Source of the DNA: an uncultured Pseudomonadota bacterium
Lineage (GTDB): Bacteria > Babelota > Babeliae > Babelales > RVW-14
DNA: 64,000 nt
Assembly (NCBI GenBank): GCA_964354855.1
Contig: CAYHBO010000001.1
Span: 31,045 to 95,044 of the forward strand
Reading direction: 5' to 3'
Below the pieces are notes generated by a model that was not told where the DNA came from, searched no databases, and saw only the letters and a list, made by a program, of their open reading frames with translations. How positions within the stretch are numbered: position 1 is the stretch's first letter; each line of letters starts with the position of its first letter. The translations under genes and the position numbers were made by a program. Positions 49,239 through 58,183 of this stretch are shown in pieces.

Positions 49239-50666
49239 ATGAAGATCTTTAGTACACAGAGCGTTTATCTTTTGAGTAAAAAAATCACATACTTGGTATC
49301 TTTTTTTGTTGTTTTCGCAGCAGGGCTTGAAGTCACTCCTGCTGCTCCTACTGCAGCAGAAAATGCTGATTGGACTATTCTTGTTTATGTGCAAGCACGT
49401 AATAATTTAAGTTCTTTTTCTGGAAGAAATTTTAGTGATATGGCGGCAGTAGGCTCAACAAAAAACCTTAATCTCTTGGTGCAATGGTATAAGCCTGAAG
49501 ATCAAGGGGTATGGCGCTATAAGATTGAAAAAAATCAACTTAATCTAGATGCTCATCTTCCTTCCCCTTCTGATGGGAATAGTGCACAGGATCTTGTTGA
49601 AGCAATGCGTTGGGCGGTCAAAAAATATCCCGCTAAAAAATATTGTTTAATTTTATGGAACCATGGAGTAGGTATTTTGGATCCAATATGGGGTAATTCC
49701 TCAGTTCAAATTAACAAAAAATATTTAATTAATAACCCAAAAATACAAATAGCGGGGATTACTACTGAAGATACAGGTTATGAGTTTGATGAAACAATGA
49801 TGCTTATGGCTGAAAATAATGTTAATAAAGGGATTCTTTTTAATGAACAAAGTAAAACCTATATGAATAATCAAGTTTTGGCTGCTGCATTAAAACAGAT
49901 TAAGAATGAGGTTTTAGATGGGAAAAAAATTGACATAATAGGCATGGATGCGTGCCTTATGGGAATGATTGAGGTTGCTTATCAGATAAAAGACTGCGCA
50001 GACTTTATGGTTACTTCTCAAGAGGTCGAACTTGCTTATGGATGGAATTATTTAGGATGGTTACAAGATCTTTCAGTAAAAATAATTTCTCCGGCTCATG
50101 TTGCTAAAGCAATTGTGCAGTCTTATGAGTCTATGTATAAAAGCAAGATTCCTTTTTATACTCAATCAGCAGTTGACTTAAATAAGGTAGAACAGCTTAA
50201 GAAGGCCGTTGATGATGTTTCTATTAATATGATGACCTGTTATGCCGTAGATGGCCTATCATTCAGCCAGGTGGTAAAAAGAGCTCGGCAGAGTTGTCAG
50301 CAATTTAGCTCGGTAAGTTATGTAGATTTACATTCTTTTATGAAAGAGCTTTCCCGTGAAGTGAAAGCTTTCTATAAGTTTGATGAAAATTTATCTACCG
50401 ATCTTATTGTTGCAATTAACATGTTAAATGGGTCTCTTGATCTGGGTGTTAAAAATGTTGAAGACATTGTCATTTCAAACGTTGCAGGGAAGCATATGAC
50501 ACAAGCACGAGGGGTATCAATTTACTTTCCCCGCTATATGATTGATCCTTCTTATGAGAGGACCTCTTTTGCTCAGGATGGTATGTGGACCGATCTTTTA
50601 AAGCATGTTTTAATTAATAGAAATCACTATCTTTCTTTGATGGGGGATGGGGTGGTAACGCCGTAA
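49239..50666 (+). CDS. clostripain-like (C11) cysteine peptidase, secreted, paralog 2
   Basis: Leader/TM segment. WTILVYVQARNNL, His motif WNHGVGI, Cys motif MDACLMG. Collinear with 21934-23211. Confidence 0.65.
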   Translation: MKIFSTQSVYLLSKKITYLVSFFVVFAAGLEVTPAAPTAAENADWTILVYVQARNNLSSFSGRNFSDMAAVGSTKNLNLLVQWYKPEDQGVWRYKIEKNQLNLDAHLPSPSDGNSAQDLVEAMRWAVKKYPAKKYCLILWNHGVGILDPIWGNSSVQINKKYLINNPKIQIAGITTEDTGYEFDETMMLMAENNVNKGILFNEQSKTYMNNQVLAAALKQIKNEVLDGKKIDIIGMDACLMGMIEVAYQIKDCADFMVTSQEVELAYGWNYLGWLQDLSVKIISPAHVAKAIVQSYESMYKSKIPFYTQSAVDLNKVEQLKKAVDDVSINMMTCYAVDGLSFSQVVKRARQSCQQFSSVSYVDLHSFMKELSREVKAFYKFDENLSTDLIVAINMLNGSLDLGVKNVEDIVISNVAGKHMTQARGVSIYFPRYMIDPSYERTSFAQDGMWTDLLKHVLINRNHYLSLMGDGVVTP

Positions 50667-50674
50667 TAAACCTG

Positions 50675-50714
50675 TATACTAAGCCTTTGTTTTAAAAAAT
50701 AAAGGCTTAGTATA
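50675..50714 (+). terminator. perfect 14-bp stem hairpin (terminator and/or RBS-sequestering structure)
   Basis: tatactaagccttt-(12 nt loop)-aaaggcttagtata. The 3' arm ends at the A of the ATG of the 50714 ORF. Confidence 0.55.
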
Positions 50715-50974
50715 TGAATCAAGAAATTAGTCAGCCGTTTATGGCTTGTGTGTATTATCAAGCTAATGTTGACAAGAAGCGCGCCTGGTTTGTTATGGGT
50801 GTGTTCCGAAATGAAGACAACGTTGCCTTTGTGCGTGCGCTAGATGGTCGTAGTGATAAGTTTGAGTTCTTTGTTCCAAGGGGCCTTGTAGAGGAATTTC
50901 TTCACGCAGCAAAATATCTTACGACACATGGGTACATTGATGGACTTGAGCAGATGAAAAATAGGTTGGCTTAA
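50714..50974 (+). CDS. small hypothetical protein
   Basis: 86-aa ORF with no leader and no recognised motif. Confidence 0.4.
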   Translation: MNQEISQPFMACVYYQANVDKKRAWFVMGVFRNEDNVAFVRALDGRSDKFEFFVPRGLVEEFLHAAKYLTTHGYIDGLEQMKNRLA

Positions 50975-51756
50975 CCGGCTCGTTCGAATCGCTTAACGAT
51001 CATTTTAGCGTCGATTTCTGTTTGTTTTCTGGGCTGAGGGACAGGGGCCTGTGTATCAAAAATTGGCTCATGCACATAGAAAGAGAGTCGGCTCGTCCTT
51101 TGTAAATCGCGTAGCTTAAATCCAAAGTCATGTTTTGATAGATTTTCATCTTTATTATTACAAGCTATAGATTCATGTATATACATTGGCGTCTTGAGGG
51201 CAAGTGCGTCATACATTGATAACTGTAATGCCGTATTATTTAAGTGATCTTCTCCGCGAATGACATGGCTGATTTCCATCAGAACATCATCAACAAAATT
51301 ACTAAAAATAAAGGTGAATGACCCGTCTTGAAGGGTAAGGGCAAAATCTGCAAAGTGTTGCATGTCAATCGTGTGGGTTTTGTGATTAATGGTGTTGAAT
51401 AACAGCGCTTGATGTTCATTAATTTTAAAACGCCAGATGTAAGGTTGTTTGGCTTCCATTTTTTGTGTAATGCAATCGGTAGAAAGATTCAAGCAGCGGC
51501 GATCATAATGTGGTAGCTTTTTCATAGCAATCTGTTTTTTCCCCATTATTTCAAGTCGTTCTTCTGAGCAAAAGCAACGGTATGTACGTCCCATGTTGAC
51601 AAACTCAATTAGTTTTTCTTCATAAAAATGAATTCTTTGAGATTGAAGAGAGGGCTCGTGTTGGCTGCCAATAATAGGGATTTTGTCATAGTTTAATTCA
51701 CGCCATTTTATCTGAGTAAGCAATATGTTGGCGTTACGTGTGATATTGGTTGACAT
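50971..51756 (-). pseudogene. N- and C-terminally truncated glutamyl-tRNA synthetase-like catalytic core
   Basis: RTYRCFCSEERLE...HYDRRC and FVDDVLMEISHVIRGEDHLNNT...NLSKH align with the GluRS core. The first roughly 50 residues (HIGH, RIEDTD) and the anticodon-binding domain are absent. KMSKS is degenerate (NLSKH). Confidence 0.6.
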
Positions 51757-51851
51757 GAAAAATCCTCTGGAAAAATCATCTGGATACGATAGGCAAAATC
51801 GACGTTAAAAATGTAATAAAGAGGTTATCTCATGCACGTATTCCGTCAAGG
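51746..51851. repeat. direct repeat copy 1 (divergent promoter plus two gene 5' ends)
   Basis: About 85% identical by eye to 52878-52968. Contains the MST start on the minus strand and a remnant pgeF-like start (MHVFRQGPL, 51832-51912) on the plus strand. Confidence 0.8.
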
Positions 51852-51862
51852 GCCTTTGTTTA

Positions 51863-52888
51863 TTAAAGCCTGGAAAAAAGGCGCCCCTGTAAGAGTGCGT
51901 AATAAAATTTGATGATATCTTCGGGTTGTAAAACTTTACATCCGCCACGTCTTTCCTGTGGTGTAATGAGGGTGAGTTGTTCTGCAATCTCAGGGCAACG
52001 AAAAAGCTCTAAACAAAGTTTTAGTTGTAATTCAGCTGATTCTTTAATTCTTTCTTGAATTGCAGACATTTTATTTATTTCGGCTTCTTCTTGGCCATAT
52101 TTTTCTAGACTTCTCCTAGAATTAACTTCTGATGCGGCATGAAGTGTATAGAGTTGGGCCATGTATAATTCAAGAGCGTCTGCTGTTAGAGCTCGTCCAA
52201 AAACTTTAATTGATGCTTCAATGGTTTTTTTTATTGATGCAAGATTTCGTTTGGCTATTACATTGTAAATGGCTTCTCTAACCTTATTTTCGGATGTTTC
52301 TAATTTAATAGTCAGGGTATTGATATAATTATGTTGTTTTACCACTAAGCATTTGAGTCGTGTATATAACTCTTCTCTTTTTACCCACATAATTGCTGTG
52401 GTGCATTCAACTTTTTCTCCATTTGGCACTATGTTGGGAATATTCATGTATCCCATCATTAAAACTATAACAGTTAGAATATCCGAGGTCATTGTGTTTA
52501 TGATGTTAGCCAGCATTTTTTCTTCATTATTATTGAGGGTACTTATATTATTTATGCCGAGTTCTCTAAGTTCTTGTATAAATTGAGTCATCAAATCTTC
52601 TATGTTGTCTATACGTCCTGCTTTGGCTTCTTTAAGTTCTTCTATGAACCGGTCTTTTATCGTTGTTATGTAATCATTGAGCGCCTCTATGTACATAGAG
52701 TGCTCCAGCTCGTGGTGAGCGAGCTCTTCTAGGGTTGCAAGCTTTTGTATAAAGCTATTCGTTAACTCTTTTACTTTTGTATAAAAAAACATTCCATGAA
52801 TAGGTTCACTTGAGAGGAAAAACGTTATAAGAAAAACCATTAAGCTTGTTGTCGGTGGAACGAAGAGTCCGCGAGTTTTGGTTGACAT
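51863..52888 (-). CDS. coiled-coil protein with N-terminal TM/leader
   Basis: Start placed at MSTKTRGLFVPPTTSLMVFLITFFL, which shares its 5' end with the repeat. Long helical, heptad-like sequence. No domain recognised. Confidence 0.5.
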   Translation of the reverse strand: MSTKTRGLFVPPTTSLMVFLITFFLSSEPIHGMFFYTKVKELTNSFIQKLATLEELAHHELEHSMYIEALNDYITTIKDRFIEELKEAKAGRIDNIEDLMTQFIQELRELGINNISTLNNNEEKMLANIINTMTSDILTVIVLMMGYMNIPNIVPNGEKVECTTAIMWVKREELYTRLKCLVVKQHNYINTLTIKLETSENKVREAIYNVIAKRNLASIKKTIEASIKVFGRALTADALELYMAQLYTLHAASEVNSRRSLEKYGQEEAEINKMSAIQERIKESAELQLKLCLELFRCPEIAEQLTLITPQERRGGCKVLQPEDIIKFYYALLQGRLFSRL

Positions 52889-52968
52889 GAAAAATCCTCT
52901 GGATACCATAGCAAAATCGACATTAATATTATAAAAAGAGGTTATCGTATGCTTACATTCCGTCAAGG
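52878..52968. repeat. direct repeat copy 2
   Basis: See 51746-51851. Contains the functional pgeF start (MLTFRQGSL). Confidence 0.8.
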
Positions 52969-53689
52969 ATCGTTACGCATTTTTTGGGGCGATAAGGCAT
53001 CATGCCCGGTCTCCAAAGAGGCTCCCGAGTTTAAAGATTTTTGCATAGGTTTTGCCCAGAGGCTTTCACTTGATGAATTAGCTATTTTATATCAAGAACA
53101 CGGCGTTGTCGGTTATGAGGCACATGAAGAGCTTTCGCCCGGGGTTTCCGTTTTTGAAAAATCTGGCGATTGGCTTATGACGAATAAACCTGGCCTTGGG
53201 GTGGGCGTTCTTTCGGCCGATTGCTTACCAGTTGTTTTTTATGATCCTGAGCATCATGCTGCCGGCGTTGCGCATGCTGGGTGGAAGGGGGCGGTAAAAA
53301 ATGTGGTAGGGGTTACGTTAGATTCTATGGTCAAAAAATTTAGAACAGATCCGTCACGGGTCCAGATATTTTTTGGGCCGGCTGCGCGTACCTGTTGCTA
53401 TGAAGTGTCGCCTGGGTTTGAACGAGAAATTCCTGAAGGGTTTGATCGTGAAGAATTATTGATCAAGCGTGATGGTAAAATTTATTTTGATACGGCATTG
53501 CTGTGTATGCGTATGTTGGGAAAGTCTGGGGTTGACCAAAAAAACATAAACCAAGACTTTAATGTTTGTACGATGTGTGATGATCGTTGGCACTCGGCCC
53601 GGCGGGACAAAGGGATGGAAAGAAATATTACAATGGTTTCGCTTGATAATGTTACGGTTGCATCAGTTTTACAAAGCACGCAGGAGTAA
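52949..53689 (+). CDS. pgeF: YfiH/PgeF-family (DUF152) purine nucleoside phosphorylase / peptidoglycan editing factor
   Basis: SADCLPVVFYD, AHAGWKG, TCCYEV, C..C....HSARRD. Confidence 0.85.
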   Translation: MLTFRQGSLRIFWGDKASCPVSKEAPEFKDFCIGFAQRLSLDELAILYQEHGVVGYEAHEELSPGVSVFEKSGDWLMTNKPGLGVGVLSADCLPVVFYDPEHHAAGVAHAGWKGAVKNVVGVTLDSMVKKFRTDPSRVQIFFGPAARTCCYEVSPGFEREIPEGFDREELLIKRDGKIYFDTALLCMRMLGKSGVDQKNINQDFNVCTMCDDRWHSARRDKGMERNITMVSLDNVTVASVLQSTQE

Positions 53690-53691
53690 CT

Positions 53692-54471
53692 ATGAAAAGA
53701 ATATTTATTTTAGTAGCAGTTTTTAATTTAAATGCTTATGTCGAACTTGGTGCAATGCGGCGCTTTGTGTCTCTAGGCGTCTCTGATGCTGCGGTTGCAG
53801 CAAGAAAATCGCAAGGGTTTATGGCGTTAGCTTCTTACTATGCTCATTTAGTGGATGCATTGTCATGGTCAAAAATTCATAATGTTATGGGGCAGAAGTC
53901 TTTACCTATAACAAGTCCTGAAGATGGGGTAGTTCTTGGATTGGTAACCTCAATATTTCACCCTGATGGGGTTCAGTGTTATCACCTGGATGATGATACT
54001 AAAATTGGCTTGATATCAGAAGAGGGCAAGGTGCAAAGAGTAAGTACCTGTATTTCTTTTGAGTGTCCTTATCAAGGTATTTTATCCGAACGGTTTATTG
54101 CTGAGTTTGAAACCCTTAATGCGTGTATCCGTAAGAATTGGCATCTTTCAAATGAGCATTGTTCAGAGACTCTTGAGAAAGAATTTTCCGAATATAACTC
54201 AAGCGAATGGCTTTGTTACACTAAGGTTGTTGAGTTTTATTTAGATCATGAGCTTATTGAGTCTGATGCGCCCGTAAAAAGTGGGGGATTAGATGTTATA
54301 ACAAGCGAAGAGATGTTGATTCGGTTTCTTATCTTAAAGTGCCATCTCTGGCCAAATATTGTTATTAAAAGCACATCAGGACTATCTCGTCGCATTCTTA
54401 TCTTATTTGTCAGGAATACTCCTGAGGGAATTGAGGCAGCAGAAGAGTTTTTTGGGATTAATATTGAATAA
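53692..54471 (+). CDS. secreted hypothetical protein
   Basis: 259 aa. Leader MKRIFILVAVFNLNAYVELGAM. No recognised domain. Confidence 0.45.
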   Translation: MKRIFILVAVFNLNAYVELGAMRRFVSLGVSDAAVAARKSQGFMALASYYAHLVDALSWSKIHNVMGQKSLPITSPEDGVVLGLVTSIFHPDGVQCYHLDDDTKIGLISEEGKVQRVSTCISFECPYQGILSERFIAEFETLNACIRKNWHLSNEHCSETLEKEFSEYNSSEWLCYTKVVEFYLDHELIESDAPVKSGGLDVITSEEMLIRFLILKCHLWPNIVIKSTSGLSRRILILFVRNTPEGIEAAEEFFGINIE

Positions 54472-54545
54472 TCTTGCCTAACCCGCTATGCTTATTTTTG
54501 CTTTCAAAATGGTAATAAAAACACTTTATCCCTTGAGTTATTATT

Positions 54546-55523
54546 ATGTTTAATAAAAACACCTTATCGCTTATCGGCAATACACCTTTAGTAAAACTTG
54601 ATATTGACGCTAAACCAACCGTTTATGCAAAATTTGAATTCTTGAATCCAGGCGGCAGCATTAAAGATCGTAGTGCTTTGTATATGGTTGAAGATGCTGA
54701 GCGCAAAGGGCTCCTTAAAGAAGGTGGTACCATTGTTGAAGCAACGTCTGGCAACCAAGGAATAGCGCTTGCTATGATTGGTAAAATTAAAGGCTATCGT
54801 GTGGTTATCACCGTTCCTGATCGCACCTCAGAAGAAAAAGTGGCTATCTTAAAAGCGTATGGCGCAGAAGTTTATGTGTGTCCAAATACCGCTAACCATC
54901 ATGATCCAGCTGGGTATGTGGCTCGTGCGCAAGCTATGACTAAACAAATTCCAGGGGCGTTTATGCCCGATCAATATGTTAACCCGGTTAACGCTGATGC
55001 ATACTATCAAGGCCTAGGCCCAGAAATTTGGGAACAAACTAACGGTACTGTGACGCATTTCATTGCGGGTGCGGGGACCTGTGGAACCATTTCAGGTGTT
55101 GGTCGTTATCTTAAAGAAAAAAATCCGAACGTAAAAATTATCGGTGTAGACGCGGCAACTTCATTCTTTTCAAGCAAAGAGCCTAAAGCATACAATGTTG
55201 AAGGCCTTGGTATCGATATTATCAGTGATGTGTTTGACCAAAAAGTGGTTGATGAAATTATTACGATTACCGATGATGACGCTTTTTCTGCTACCCGCAG
55301 ACTTGCATTCAAGCAAGGCATTATGGCGGGGATCAGCAGTGGTGCAGTGATGCATGTTGCTGCGGAGTATGTTAAAACCCTTGCTCCAACCGATGTTGTG
55401 GTGTTGATTTTTGCTGACTCTGGTCGTGCTTACTTGAGTAAAGTGTTTAATCCTCAGAAGGTTCAAGCGTCGATTCTTGAAAAATTCAAAGACGTTGCGC
55501 CATCAAAAAAGCATTGTTGTTAA
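54546..55523 (+). CDS. cysK: PLP-dependent cysteine synthase / cystathionine beta-synthase family
   Basis: NPGGSIKDR, TSGNQGIALA, GTCGTISG. Confidence 0.8.
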   Translation: MFNKNTLSLIGNTPLVKLDIDAKPTVYAKFEFLNPGGSIKDRSALYMVEDAERKGLLKEGGTIVEATSGNQGIALAMIGKIKGYRVVITVPDRTSEEKVAILKAYGAEVYVCPNTANHHDPAGYVARAQAMTKQIPGAFMPDQYVNPVNADAYYQGLGPEIWEQTNGTVTHFIAGAGTCGTISGVGRYLKEKNPNVKIIGVDAATSFFSSKEPKAYNVEGLGIDIISDVFDQKVVDEIITITDDDAFSATRRLAFKQGIMAGISSGAVMHVAAEYVKTLAPTDVVVLIFADSGRAYLSKVFNPQKVQASILEKFKDVAPSKKHCC

Positions 55524-55584
55524 AATTCTTTTGACTCTTGATGATTAAGTTAAGTTAGTATTTTTTAAGTTATCATTATTTCTT

Positions 55585-55688
55585 ACGTCATCCTCGCGAA
55601 AGCGGGGATCCAGTCCTTACTTCTTTCTTTTTTCTTTTGGATAATTTTTATAAGAAGATCTGGATCCCCGCTTTCGCGAGGATGACGT
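55585..55688 (+). repeat. PE1 element, full copy (intergenic between cysK and dapF)
   Basis: ACGTCATCCTCGCGAAAGCGGGGATCCAG ... CTGGATCCCCGCTTTCGCGAGGATGACGT. Confidence 0.9.
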
Positions 55689-55757
55689 AACAGAGATAAC
55701 CTTGAATAACTTAGAATCTGGCTGAAAAATGTTAGAACTAATAAGATTGGTTAAAAA

Positions 55758-56582
55758 ATGTTAAATCTCAACCCTTCTCTTCAACTCTTCTTTAAATACC
55801 AATCCCTTGGGAACGATTTTATCGTGTTCGATTGGTATGAAAATTCTGAAGAACACACGCAACAAATGCTTTCAGGCCCCTCTTGGCCTCAACGGGTTAT
55901 CAGGCTTTGTGATCGTCATACCGGTATTGGTGCTGACGGGATTCTAATCATTATGCAAAAAAATCAGAAATCGTTTATGCGTATTTTTAACGCTGATGGA
56001 ACCGAAGCTGAAAATTGTTTAAACGGCCTACGGTGCGTAGCACAGCACTTGGGCACTTATCACAAATTTTCAGGATACTTTGCAATTGGCATTGGCAATA
56101 AAGAAGTTTTTTGTACGGTGACTGGTCTTGGAGTATCGACTATAATTCCATTTGTTCAGTACCAGCAACCTCACGAACTAAGTTTTTCAGGTGGTATTTT
56201 GCAGGGGCATCAGGCAGATGCGGGAAACCCGCATTTCATTGTATTTCAAGAAAAAACGTGCGCATGGCTTTATCAGTACGGCAAAGAGCTTGAATCACAT
56301 GCTGATTTTCCCAAGAAATCGAATATTTCTTTTGTGTGGAAGCGTGAATGCGACTATGTCGTTCTTACTTTTGAGCGTGGGTGTGGGATCACTCAAGCGT
56401 GTAGCTCGGCTGCTTCGGCTATTCTTAAAACGCTTTCTGTTCTTAATAAAATCCAGTTAAACGAAAACATTAAGCTCAATTTTCTTGGCGGGGCTGTTTC
56501 TGGTTTTATTGATGATCAAAATCGGGTGGTACTTCAAGCCCAAGCTCATGAAGTTTTTAGCGGATTTATCGCACTTTTTTAG
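55758..56582 (+). CDS. dapF: diaminopimelate epimerase
   Basis: GNDFIVFD, FNADGTEAENCLNGLRC, ERGCGITQACSSAA (both catalytic Cys contexts). Confidence 0.85.
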   Translation: MLNLNPSLQLFFKYQSLGNDFIVFDWYENSEEHTQQMLSGPSWPQRVIRLCDRHTGIGADGILIIMQKNQKSFMRIFNADGTEAENCLNGLRCVAQHLGTYHKFSGYFAIGIGNKEVFCTVTGLGVSTIIPFVQYQQPHELSFSGGILQGHQADAGNPHFIVFQEKTCAWLYQYGKELESHADFPKKSNISFVWKRECDYVVLTFERGCGITQACSSAASAILKTLSVLNKIQLNENIKLNFLGGAVSGFIDDQNRVVLQAQAHEVFSGFIALF

Positions 56583-56703
56583 CTTTTTGTTCAGATTTTT
56601 TATTAGGGCGTTAATCCAATAACTTAATTATTTACTTCTGATCTCTTTTAGTTATATAATTTATATTAGGAATTTTATTATCTAGTTTCAAAAGGAGACA
56701 AGT

Positions 56704-57231
56704 ATGATGAAAAGAAAAAAAATGTACCTTGTAGGTATGTTAGCGTTGCAAATACTTAGCCCGTTAGGACTGCCTGTTCTAATGTGTAGAGATGATTTAG
56801 AAGCTAAAGAAAATGCGTCTCGACGACCTCTGAAGGGGGCATGGAAATGTAGGGTTTGCCATAAAACTGTTTATAGGGGGAAACATACGTGTCCTGGAAG
56901 AGGAATATTAGATGAGGATACTCAGGAATCACGACCTAGTCTCTCTCAAGAAGAAAATGCGCCTCGACGACCTCTGAAGGGGACATGGCAATGTAAGTCT
57001 TGTGGAAAAACGGTTTATCGTGGAAAGCATACGTGTTCTAGAAGAGAAGAGGGTGAACATCATCAGAGGCCTTTCTCTCGTCGACTTACAGGAGACGTGA
57101 CTGGCAGAGATTCAGAAGCTGAAGAAAGACGACCGAGGCCTATGAAAGGGGTTTCTCGATGCCGCTCTTGTTCTGAGGTCTTTCGTTTAAATCAAAAACA
57201 TCAATGTCCAGAGAAAGAATCGTTGGATTAA
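56704..57231 (+). CDS. secreted protein with three tandem C-x2-C-x(8-10)-H-x-C modules
   Basis: Leader, then RRPLKGAWKCRVCHKTVYRGKHTCPGR, RRPLKGTWQCKSCGKTVYRGKHTCSRR and RPMKGVSRCRSCSEVFRLNQKHQCPEK. The DNA repeat has a period of about 141 bp. Confidence 0.55.
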   Translation: MMKRKKMYLVGMLALQILSPLGLPVLMCRDDLEAKENASRRPLKGAWKCRVCHKTVYRGKHTCPGRGILDEDTQESRPSLSQEENAPRRPLKGTWQCKSCGKTVYRGKHTCSRREEGEHHQRPFSRRLTGDVTGRDSEAEERRPRPMKGVSRCRSCSEVFRLNQKHQCPEKESLD

Positions 57232-57233
57232 AA

Positions 57234-58064
57234 TTATAACGAATATTTATTCTGATTGGGGCGCTTATTATGGCGTCCTTTATCTTTTGGTAGAATTTTT
57301 TCAGAGTCAGGCGCGTACGCGTCGACTATTTTAAAGCATTCAACATAATCACCTTTTTCTGTCATAACCCCGCGATAGCGATTAAGGGCTCTTACTCCTT
57401 CGTCATACTGAATATCTTTAATTTGAGACTTATGGAAGCGTAATGCTTCTATTTTTTTGTCTATTACGTTAGTAATATTTTCAACATAAGACGGCTGTTG
57501 AATAGGTGTCCAGACTTCATAGCAGAGTATTTTTTTTATATCTTTTGCTGATTGTGTAACGGCTTCCCTTACGATCTGAAATGTAACTACGTGATCTTGA
57601 TGATTATCTTCGCTATGGGGCGCGTAAATAATATCGGGATGTTTATCTTTAATAAGCTGCGCGCAGATATCGATTGATGATTGATTGCAGGTTACGTTTC
57701 CATCGGGTATATGTAAAAAAGTTATATCAGTTACGCCTAAAAAAGTTGTAGCCACGCGTGCTTCATGTTCACGAATAGTTCCTAAATTCTTTGGGTGCTT
57801 CTTGCTTGGATTTCCCACTTCTCCTGAGGTCATGTAGACGATTGCGACATAATTTCCTGCTTGTAGGTGGTTAATGATGCTGCCGCCACAGCCGATAATA
57901 TCGTCGTCAGGGTGTGGAGAGAAGACGAGAATGTTGAGGGGGCGGTTGTTAAAGAAGGAGTGGTAGGAAAGCCGCTCAAATGGTTCGAGACGCTGCACTT
58001 CGTTTCGCTCCTCACCACGAACGGCACTCATGAGGAGTATTAATAAAAAACATCCGAACGTCAT
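57234..58064 (-). CDS. PIG-L/LmbE-family N-acetylglucosaminyl deacetylase
   Basis: VFSPHPDDDIIGCGGSI, H..DHQDH. The start is placed at the ATG lying inside the PE1 terminal repeat (ARMTFGCFLLILL...). The ORF stays open to a GTG at 58256 but only through repeat sequence. Confidence 0.7.
   Translation of the reverse strand: MTFGCFLLILLMSAVRGEERNEVQRLEPFERLSYHSFFNNRPLNILVFSPHPDDDIIGCGGSIINHLQAGNYVAIVYMTSGEVGNPSKKHPKNLGTIREHEARVATTFLGVTDITFLHIPDGNVTCNQSSIDICAQLIKDKHPDIIYAPHSEDNHQDHVVTFQIVREAVTQSAKDIKKILCYEVWTPIQQPSYVENITNVIDKKIEALRFHKSQIKDIQYDEGVRALNRYRGVMTEKGDYVECFKIVDAYAPDSEKILPKDKGRHNKRPNQNKYSL
57982..58037 (-). repeat. PE2-like element in the N-terminal region of the PIG-L gene
   Basis: The reverse complement reads CTCCTCATGAGTGCCGTTCGTGGTGAGGAGCGAAACGAAGTGCAGCGTCTCGAACC. 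Confidence 0.6.
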
Positions 58065-58164
58065 CCTCGCGAATGCGGGGATCCAGGCTTTACTTCTGTT
58101 TTTCTTTTTTTTTTGAATAATTTTTATAAGAAGACTTGGATCCCCGCATTCGCGAGGATGACGT
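58058..58164 (+). repeat. PE1 element, full copy (5' end of the PIG-L gene)
   Basis: ACGTCATCCTCGCGAATGCGGGGATCCAGG ... TGGATCCCCGCATTCGCGAGGATGACGT. Confidence 0.9.
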
Positions 58165-58183
58165 ACATAAGGGCTCAAATGGT

